NCBI GenBank assembly: GCA_963822585.1
Contig: CAWGIE010000002.1
Location: 1 to 17,924, forward strand
Length of the DNA: 17,924 nt
Direction: 5' to 3'
Source: an uncultured bacterium
Lineage (GTDB): Bacteria > Auribacterota > Erginobacteria > Erginobacterales > Erginobacteraceae
The position numbers and the translations under genes are program-made. Shown here one piece after another: positions 7,961 through 17,924 of this stretch; the stretch's first letter is position 1; each line of letters starts with the position of its first letter. The notes beneath the pieces are model-generated. The model was not told where the DNA came from and did no database searches. It saw nothing but the letters and a program-made list of their open reading frames with translations.

Positions 7961-8144
7961 AATTTCCGCTTTCGCCAATTCTCGCCCGAAACCCGCCTGT
8001 CCGGAACCCACCACGACATTCCTGACATCCAAGTGAGTTCGAGAATTGCCGGATAGCGGACCTTCGTTGGCGAATCTGGCCGGGTGAACGAACGACGGCT
8101 TTCAGGTCGTCGAAGTCGCCAGTGCTATGACTGCCTTGTTGGCG
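7961..8144. repeat. Degenerate palindromic repeat cluster B
   Basis: 7961-8061 is a degenerate direct copy of 4357-4452; IR agcggaccttcgtt 8055-8068 / aacgaacgacggct 8087-8100 (11/14). Confidence 0.65.
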
Positions 8145-8153
8145 ACCCACGCC

Positions 8154-8172
8154 TTTACGCATTCCTTATGCA
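8154..8172 (+). promoter_or_regulatory. Candidate KdpE-binding direct repeat
   Basis: tttacgca 8154-8161 and cttatgca 8165-8172, 11-bp period, about 75-90 nt upstream of kdpF; resembles OmpR-family tandem boxes. Confidence 0.45.
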
Positions 8173-8244
8173 TCGACGCTGCAATTCCCCGCGCAATCTA
8201 ACGCCATAAGCCGCCATATTGCCAAGTGATCAGGAGGTAGTTCC

Positions 8245-8334
8245 ATGTCGTTTGACCTTTGGTTAGGCGCGGCGGTCGCGCTTGTCATTCTCCTATACCT
8301 GCTCGCCGTGCTCGCCCGGCCTGAGCGCTTCTGA
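8245..8334 (+). CDS. kdpF: K+-transporting ATPase subunit F (29 aa, absent from the ORF track)
   Basis: RBS aggagg; MSFDLWLGAAVALVILLYLLAVLARPERF has one TM helix and the YLL...PERF ending; directly before kdpA. Confidence 0.92.
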   Translation: MSFDLWLGAAVALVILLYLLAVLARPERF

Positions 8335-8346
8335 GCGGAGGATGGC

Positions 8347-10043
8347 ATGACCCTCTCCGGCTGGGCGCTGATTGCGCTTTACCTCATTCTCATTCTTGCT
8401 CTGGCGAAGCCTGCCGGCCTTGTCATGCACCGCCTTTACGCGCCGGCCCCGCTGCCATTGGAGCGCGGTCTGCTAAGTGCCTGTGGAATTGACAGTGCAA
8501 GGGAGCAAGGCTGGATTGGCTATGCCGTAGCGCTGATGACGTTCAACATGGGCGGCGTTATCCTGCTGTTTGCGATCCTGAAGCTGCAGGGTCTGCTACC
8601 CCTCAACCCGCAACACCTGAGTGGGATCGACAGCTGGCTTGCGTTCAACACCGCGGTCAGCTTCGTCACCAACACCAACTGGCAGAATTACGGCGGCGAG
8701 ACGACGCTCTCCTATTTCTCGCAGATGGCGGGGCTGACGGTTCACAATTTCCTGTCCGCAGCCACCGGCATCGCCGTGGCTTTCGCCTTCATCCGGGGCT
8801 TCGCGCGATCGGGCGTGGCGACGGTCGGGAATTTCTGGGCCGACGTCACGCGGATCACGCTCTATCTCCTGCTGCCGGCGAGCCTTGTCTTTGCGTTGTT
8901 CTATGTGGCGACCGGCGTGCCGCAAACTCTCGCCAGCTATGTGACGGCCACCACGCTCGAAGGCGCAAAACAGACCATCGCGCTGGGTCCGGTCGCCTCG
9001 CAGCTTGCGATCAAGATGCTGGGCACCAATGGCGGCGGCTTCTTCAACGCCAACAGCGCACATCCCTTCGAGAACCCCATCGGCGCTATGCAACTTCGTG
9101 CAGATGCTGTCGATCTTCGTGCTCGGCGCCGGGCTGACATTGAGCTTCGGCAAGGCGGTCGGCAACTACTCGGCAGGGCTGGGCGATCCTCGCGGCGATG
9201 CTGGTGCTGTTCATTGCCGGGCGTCGCGGTGGTCTACTGGGCCGAGGCTGCCGGCAATCCGGTGCTGCACTCGCTCGGCGTCGCCGGGCGGCAACATGGA
9301 GGGCAAGGAAGTGCGCTTCGGCATCGCCGCCACCGCGCTGTTCGCGGCGGTCACCACGGCGGCGTCCTGCGGCGCGGTCAATCGCGCATGCACGACAGCT
9401 TCACGCCGCTTGGCGGCCTGATCCCGCTGTTCAACATCCAGCTCGGCGAAATCGTCATCGGCGGCGTCGGCGCGGGCTTCTACGGCTTCCTGCTCTTCGC
9501 CATCCTCGCCGTGTTCGTCGCCGGGCTGATGGTCGGCCGCACGCCCGAATATGTCGGCAAGAAGATCGAGGCGCGCGAGGTGAAGCTCGCGGTGCTCGCC
9601 ATCGCCGTCCTGCCGCTGTTCATCCTCGGGCTGACCGGCGCTGGCCAGCGTACTGCCTGCCGGGCTGGCCGGGCCGCTCAACAAGGGGCCGCATGGCTTC
9701 TCGGAGATCCTCTACGCCTTTTCGAGCGCGGTCGGGAACAACGGCTCGCGCCTTCGCCGGGCCTGTCCGGCAACACGCCCTTCTACAACGGCATGCTGGC
9801 GTTCGCGATGTTGTTCGGCCGCTTCTTCGTGATCATGCCCGTGCTGGCGATCGCGGGCAGCCTGGCGCGCCAAGAAGCGCACTGCCTGAAGCGCCGGGAT
9901 CGTTCCCGACCACCGGCGCGCTGTGGGTGGGCCTGCTGGTCGGCGGTAATCCTGATCGTCGGCGGCCTGACCTTCCTGCCCAGCCTCGCGCTCGGCCCGA
10001 TCGCCGATCAGTCTCGCGATCGTCGCCGGCACAGGTTTTCTGA
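8347..10043 (+). CDS. kdpA: K+-transporting ATPase subunit A (multiple indels after about 9080)
   Basis: [82 protein letters not shown]. Confidence 0.95.
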
Positions 10044-10057
10044 GGAAGTTCACGAAC

Positions 10058-12093
<2,036 letters not shown>

Positions 12094-12103
12094 GGAGGAT
12101 CCC

Positions 12104-12710
12104 ATGTACGCGCATACTCCTCCGCGCCTTCGTCCTGCGATCAGCCTGCTGCTCGTGTTCACGTGCTGACCGGCCTCGCCTATCCGCTCGCTGGTGACCG
12201 GGATCGCCCAGTCGCTGTTTCCGCGCCAGGCGAATGGCAGCCTGATCCGAACGAGACGGTACGGATGATCGGCTCGGCGCTGATCGGCCAGGGCTTCGCC
12301 GCGACCGGCTATTTCCACGCGCACGTCCATCCGCTGCCGGCGCAGCGGCTATGATGCGGCCGCATCGGTCGGGCTGCAATCTGGCGCCGGCCGCAAGGCG
12401 CTGCGCGATCGCGTCGCCGCCGATGTCGGGACGACTGCGCGAGGCGGGGTCAACGGTGCCGATCCCCGCCGATCTAGTCACGGCGTCGCGCCTCGGGCCT
12501 CGATCCCGACATCAGCCCCGCAAGCGCGCGCTGTGCAGGTGGCGCGCGTCGCCAAGGCGCGCGGGATTACGCCGAGCGTCCCTGCGCGGCGCTTGTCGCT
12601 CGAACGGTCGCGGAATGCCGCTTCTCGGCTTGCTGGGCGAGCCGCGCGTCAATGTCCTTCGCCTCAATATGCAACTCGACCGGCTTGAGCAGCTAGAAGG
12701 ACGCCGGTGA
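12104..12710 (+). CDS. kdpC: K+-transporting ATPase subunit C (multiple indels)
   Basis: RBS gaggag; [18 protein letters not shown]...[29 protein letters not shown]. Confidence 0.9.
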
Positions 12711-15359
12711 ACGACGATCAGACCGACCCTCTCCCGACGCCCTGCTCAAGGCGGCCAGCGCAGGAACGCGGTCGCCTGAAGATGTTCCTGGGCGCCGCAC
12801 CGGGCGTCGGCAAGACCTACGAGATGCTGCCGCAGGGCGCAGCCATGCTGCGCGACGGGCGTCGACGTCGTCGTCGGCGTCGTCGAAACCCATGGCCGCG
12901 CCGAGACCAAGCGCTGCTCGCGCCGTTCGAAGTCATGCCGCGCCGCACGATCGCTATCACGGCGCGCATCAGCTGTCGGAATTCGACATCGACGCGATGC
13001 TCGCACGGCGCCCGCAGCTCGCCCTGATCGACGAACTGGCGCACACCAACGTTGCCGGCAGCCGCCATCCCAAACGCTGGCAGGACGTCGAGGAACTGCG
13101 CGACGCCGGGATCGACGTCTTCACCACGCTCAACATCCAGCATATCGAAAGCCTCAACGACGTCGTCGCCGGCTTCACCAGGGTCCGCGTGCGCGAAACC
13201 GTGCCCGATCCGTCCTCGACGATGCCGAGATCGAGGTCGTCGACCTGCCGCCCGACGAGCTGATCGAGCGGCTGAAGGACGGCAAGGTCTATGTGCCCGA
13301 GGAAGCGACCCGCGCGCTCGGCCATTTCTTTTCCAAGTCGAATCTGTCGGCGCTGCGCGAACTGGCGCTGCGCCGTGCCGCGCAGGCGGTCGACCGGCAG
13401 ATGCTGGACATGTCGCGATCACCGGCGTAGCTGGCAACTGGGCGGCGAGCGAGCGTATCTTGGTGGCCGTCGGCGGCGAGCTGCGAGCCAGTGGCTGGTG
13501 CGCGCCGCCAAACGCCTTGCCGACGCGTTGCGCGCGCCATGGTACGGCGGTGACCGTCGAGACACCGCGGGTGGGGGCAGCCAGGCGCGCCAAGTCCGGC
13601 TTTCCGATGCGCTCAGTCTTGCCGCCCGATTGGGTGCGGTGCTGGTGACGGTGCCGCCACCAGCGTGCCGCGCGGGCTTTCCGATTATGCGCGCGAACGC
13701 GCGCGACCGCGATCGTGCTTGGCACAGTCCCGCCATCCCTGGTGGCGCCGCGCCATGCGCGGGACGCTGGCGGACCGGCTTGCGCCGGGCGACGCCGGGC
13801 GTCGCGCTTCATGTCGCTGCCGCACGAGGAACGGACCGCTCCGCAACGGCCGGCGTCCGGGGATCTTTCCCCGTCGCGGCGCATTGACCGGCCTTGCGCT
13901 GGTGGTGCTGACGACGCTCGCAAATCTACTGATTGCGCCGGTTGTCGGCATCAATCCCATCGACATGCTCTATCTGGTGCCGGTCATCGCGACGGCCACC
14001 CTGTTCGGCCTGCGCCCCGCTCTCATTGCTTCCCTCGCCGCTGCGATCGCCTATAATTTCTTCTTCCTGCCGCCGACCTACACGCTCACCATCCAGAGCC
14101 CGGAAAATGTTGTGACATTCCTCGTGCTGGCGGGGGTGGGTATTGTTGCCAGCCAATTGGCCGGCCGGTTGCGGCGCAATGTAACTGTAGGCGCTCGAAC
14201 GGCCAGCGAGAATGCCGCCATTGCCGCCTTTGGGCAGCGCCTCGCCAGTGTCTCGACCGAGAAAGACACCGCGCTCGCGACTTGCGAAGAGGTGGCGGCT
14301 CTGCTCGGTGTCGCCGCTCTGGTCATTACAATGGGTAGTGATCAACCGCGCGTGGTGTGTGCCGTTCCCGCCGATCCCGGCCTCAGTCCGGTTGACATCG
14401 CCGCGGCCGAATTCGCCCTCTCGCGGGGCGAGATCACCGGCTGTGAATCGCAGACTCTCAACGCGGCCGACTGGCAGTTCCATCCGCTCAAAACGTCGCT
14501 GGGCGTACTCGCAGTGCTCGGCATCTGCAATCCCTCCGGCCAGAGCCCGCTGCCGCCCGACAAGCGCTTGTTGTTCACCACTTTGCTCGGTCAGGCGGCG
14601 CTGGCGCACGAGCGGCTTCGGCTGGAAGGCGAAGCGCGCCGCGCGGCTGTGCTTCAGCAGCGCGATGACCTGCGCACGACGCTGATCTCCTCGCTCGGCC
14701 ATGATCTCAAGACGCCGCTGACGGCCGTCGTGGCGGCGGCGGAGGCGCTGGCGGCGGAAATGCCCCCTTCCGCGAATGCCAGCCTCCTGCTGGCGGAAGC
14801 CTATCGCCTGCGCCGGTTGTTCGATGACCTCGTGGAAATGACGCGGATCGAGAGCGGCGGGTTCGTCGTCCGTGAAGAGCCGGTCGATCTGACCGAAGCC
14901 GTTTCCGCCGCGGTTCACGACCTCAGAACCGAGCTTGCGGGACATCGCATCGAACTGGCCGTCCCGCCCAACCTGCCGCTGGTAGACGCTGACCCCCGCA
15001 TGCTGCACCACATTCTCGTGAACCTGCTGGACAATGCCGCCAAATATGCGCCGCAGGACACATCCATCCGTATCGAAGGCACCCGCACGGCTTCGGGTCT
15101 GGCGCTTGGCGTTCTCGACGAGGGACCGGGAATCCCCACGGGCACAAACGAGGATCTGTTCGAGCGCTTTCACCGGATCGAGGGAGATGACCGCCAAGGC
15201 GGAACGGGTCTCGGCCTCGCCATCGTCAAGGGTTTCTCCGATGCTATGGGCCTTTTCGTTACTGCCAAGAACCGCGTGGACAGGACGGGTTCCTGTTTCA
15301 CCATTTCCTGGCCCGAAGCACTTGTCCGAAAGGCGCGGACTATCGAGGACATGGCATGA
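12707..15359 (+). CDS. kdpD: Sensor histidine kinase KdpD (indels in the N-terminal part, clean after about 13870)
   Basis: RGRLKMFLGAAPGVGKTYEML, DELAHTN...HPKRWQDVEEL, four TM segments, GAF region, SSLGHDLKTPL (H box), NLLDNAAKY, DEGPGI, GTGLGLAIV. Confidence 0.95.
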
Positions 15360-16033
15360 CTCAGCCCATCTTGATCGTAGATGACGAACCGGCCATCCGC
15401 CGTCTCGTGCGCGGTGCGCTCGAACGCCAGGGCCTGCAAGCCGATGAAGCAAGTACCGGGAAAGAGGCGCTCGACATGGCAAGCCGTGCAGGATGCGAAT
15501 TGGTCATGCTCGACCTCGGGCTGCCTGACCGCGATGGCCTCGATCTCGTCCCGCTTCTCAAGGCAATGGACCGGGCAGTGATCGTGCTGACGGCGCGCTA
15601 CCGGACCGACGAGAAGGTGGCCGCCCTGGATCTTGGTGCGGATGACTATGTTACCAAGCCCTTCGACACCGCCGAACTGTTGGCACGTGTCCGGACTGCA
15701 CGCCGCCACCACGCCGGACGCACTTCTGCAGCGCCGCTTCAGTTCGGCAATGTGACATTCGATCCAGAGGCGCGCCGCGTCACCAGGCGCGGCGAGGAAA
15801 TTCATCTGACGCCCAAGGAATTTGCGCTATTTGCCGAACTTGCCCGTTATGCGGGGCGCGTGCTCACGCATCAGCAACTTCTGACTGCGGTATGGGGTGA
15901 GGCGCATACAGGCGACGTTGAGTACCTGCGGGTCACCATGCGTGGGCTTCGCGGCAAGCTGGAGGCGAACCCGGGCCATCCGTCGTTGCTGCTCAACGAT
16001 CCGGGAATTGGGTATCGCTTGGTGTCCGATTAA
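15356..16033 (+). CDS. kdpE: OmpR-family response regulator KdpE
   Basis: ILIVDDE, LDLGLPD, ALDLGADDYVTKPF, LTPKEF...GRVLTHQQLLTAVWG...PGIGYRL; overlaps the kdpD stop. Confidence 0.95.
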   Translation: MTQPILIVDDEPAIRRLVRGALERQGLQADEASTGKEALDMASRAGCELVMLDLGLPDRDGLDLVPLLKAMDRAVIVLTARYRTDEKVAALDLGADDYVTKPFDTAELLARVRTARRHHAGRTSAAPLQFGNVTFDPEARRVTRRGEEIHLTPKEFALFAELARYAGRVLTHQQLLTAVWGEAHTGDVEYLRVTMRGLRGKLEANPGHPSLLLNDPGIGYRLVSD

Positions 16034-16086
16034 GCCTGTAGGAGACCCAAATTGTCCGTAGCCATTCCGGCCATGGGAGAAATATC

Positions 16087-16720
16087 ATGGGACATTCAGA
16101 TCTTGATCCGGCCGTCCATGAACGGCGACCTTGGAACATCGGACAAAATGTCGGCCCAAAGCGGCCACTGAAGCCTCGCGACATCTGGGCTATTCGATTT
16201 CTATCTCGATGAGCATCGGCGACTGCGCGATCGCGCTCTGTTCGATCTCGCAATCGACAGCAAGCTTCGAGGATGTGACCTTGTCAAAATCAGGATCGGT
16301 GACGTGGTCAGTGGCGGCGACATCCGAAACCGCTCGACTGTCATTCAGCAGAAGACGGGGAGACCGGTGCAATTCGAGATCATGTCTGAAGCGAGAAAGA
16401 GCCTGACAAGCTGGCTGGAACGTCGCCGCGGCACGATCGACAATTACCTCTTCCCCAGCCGCGTGGACTATCTCGGTCACCTGAGTACAAGGCAATATGC
16501 TCGGCTGGTCGATGAACGGGTTTCAACCGTCGGCCTGGATCGACGGGAGTACGGCACCCATTCGCTGCGCCGAACAAAGGCTTCGCTCATTTACAAGGCA
16601 ACGGGAAACTTGCGAGCCGTCCAGATATTGCTCGGACACACCAACATCGAGAACACCGTCCGCTATCTGGGCGTCGACATCGACGATGCACTGACCCTGT
16701 CCGAAAGAACCGAAGTGTGA
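16087..16720 (+). CDS. Small tyrosine recombinase/integrase (about 210 aa; one extra T near 16198-16200)
   Basis: MGHSDLDPAVHERRPWNIGQNVGPKRPLKPRDIWAIRF then YLDEHRRLRDRALFDLAIDSKLRGCDLV...KTG...HSLRRTKA...ILLGHTNIENTVRYLG; R, K, HxxR, H and Y catalytic residues present. Span is 634 nt (3n+1). Confidence 0.9.
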
Positions 16721-16726
16721 GCAGTC

Positions 16727-16757
16727 GCCGGCTCCTCCGCTCTTCTGGGGGGCCGGC
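16727..16757 (+). terminator. GC-rich hairpin immediately after the integrase stop
   Basis: gccggctcctc pairs with ggggggccggc (11 bp, two G-U pairs); no U-tract, so terminator function is uncertain. Confidence 0.35.
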
Positions 16758-16864
16758 TCGAACAACTGAACCAATGGCAGCTACCAAGAACAACAAATCG
16801 AAGGCCAAACGGCCGCTATGTTGGCGCAAGCGGACCGAGGCATCAGTTCAATCGAGCGGCAGTT
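16758..16864. repeat. Degenerate palindromic repeat cluster C
   Basis: aatggcagcta 16773-16783 is identical to 4357-4367; also aacggccgct at 16808, agcggac at 16829, and outer IR aactga 16764-16769 / tcagtt 16843-16848. Confidence 0.5.
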
Positions 16865-17004
16865 CGCATGCTTCGTGCTTTCGAATCGGGTATCGGCTAA
16901 CGACCCGATACGCTTTCAACCACTATCGCAGATTTGAGTGCAAGCCTGTCGGCCGCAAGCGTACACACCTCGCGCGGTTCAGCGCCACACTGTGCAAGCG
17001 CTAA

Positions 17005-17924
17005 GAGCCCGATCCGAAAGTTATTGAGCAATACCAGCATGTTGTGATTCAGTCCTGCTTTGCGAAGAGTGGGATTGAAGCATGGCATGGACTGGTACTG
17101 CCCGGCGCGAGCATAGTCGGGAAGGGTTGCGATATCCATCGGATATGACCGATGCGGAATGGGCGGTGACGCAGCCGTTTATCCCACCGGCGAAGCGTGG
17201 CGGTCGGCCCCGAACGACAGACATGCGCGAGGTGGTCAATGCACTGCTCTACATTGCCTCTGCCGGGTGTGCCTGGCGCTTGCTGCCCAAGTGCTTTCCT
17301 CCGGTGTCGACGGTGCGGCGCTACTTCTACGCCTGGAGGGACAGCGGGTTGTTCGACACGCTCAACATGGTGCTGGTGATGAACCTGCGCGAGATCGAGG
17401 GACGCGAAGCCTCCCCCAGTGCCGGCGTGATCGACAGCCAGAGCGTGAAAACCTCGGAGAGCGGCGGGATTTCGGGCTATGACGCGGGCAAGAAGGTGAA
17501 AGGCAGGAAGCGGCATATCGTCACCGACACCTGCGGCTTCCTGATCTTCGTCCTCGTCCATGCCGCCGATATCCAGGACCGCGACGGGGCCGTCGATGTC
17601 CTGGCGGCGATCCGCCACCGCTTCCCGTGGCTGCGTCATATGTTCGCCGATGGAGGATATGCCGGCGAGAAACTGCGCGACGCACTGGCTGGAATGGGCA
17701 AATGGACCATCGACATCATCAAGCGCTCCGACATGGCGAAGGGCTTCGTGGTCTTGCCCCGCCGATGGGTCGTCGAACGCACCTTCGCATGGCTGGGCCG
17801 CTGCCGCCGTCTCGCCAAAGACTGGGAAAGATCCATCGCATCCTCAACCGCATGGGCGCTCATCGCCTCCATCCGCATGATCACTCGCAGAACCGCAAGA
17901 TATTGCTATGCTTGATCAACTTTC
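17005..17924 (+). mobile_element. IS5-family insertion sequence, IS1031-like subgroup; right IR cut by the window end
   Basis: Left IR GAGCCCGATCCGAAAGTT 17005-17022, preceded by TAA (TWA-type target). The window ends in aactttc, the reverse complement of gaaagtt from the left IR. Confidence 0.88.
17082..17915 (+). CDS. IS5-family DDE transposase (277 aa)
   Basis: RYPSDMTDAEW, VIDSQSVK, GYDAGKKVKGRKRH, FADGGYAG, RRWVVERTFAWL. Confidence 0.95.
   Translation: MAWTGTARREHSREGLRYPSDMTDAEWAVTQPFIPPAKRGGRPRTTDMREVVNALLYIASAGCAWRLLPKCFPPVSTVRRYFYAWRDSGLFDTLNMVLVMNLREIEGREASPSAGVIDSQSVKTSESGGISGYDAGKKVKGRKRHIVTDTCGFLIFVLVHAADIQDRDGAVDVLAAIRHRFPWLRHMFADGGYAGEKLRDALAGMGKWTIDIIKRSDMAKGFVVLPRRWVVERTFAWLGRCRRLAKDWERSIASSTAWALIASIRMITRRTARYCYA

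Overview
GC-rich accessory region, probably alphaproteobacterial and Sphingomonadales-like (inferred from gene content only). Left to right: a small ORF; a DUF3489-like / DUF2924-like / large serine recombinase (LSR) module; a structured non-coding block with an IHF site and repeat arrays; a minus-strand cytochrome P450-ferredoxin-amidohydrolase module; a complete kdpFABCDE operon; a small tyrosine recombinase; and an IS5-family (IS1031-type) element cut off by the window end. Many genes carry single-base indels that look like long-read consensus errors. Two observations stand out. (1) The LSR gene is split at ...FVSV|TQSF... by a 502-bp internal IS256 transposase fragment bounded by a GGT direct repeat; removing it precisely restores the gene, which suggests a recombination site inside the recombinase gene itself. 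(2) Degenerate palindromic repeats occur in three intergenic clusters that bracket the cargo modules and adjoin the tyrosine recombinase, suggesting a cassette-type system.
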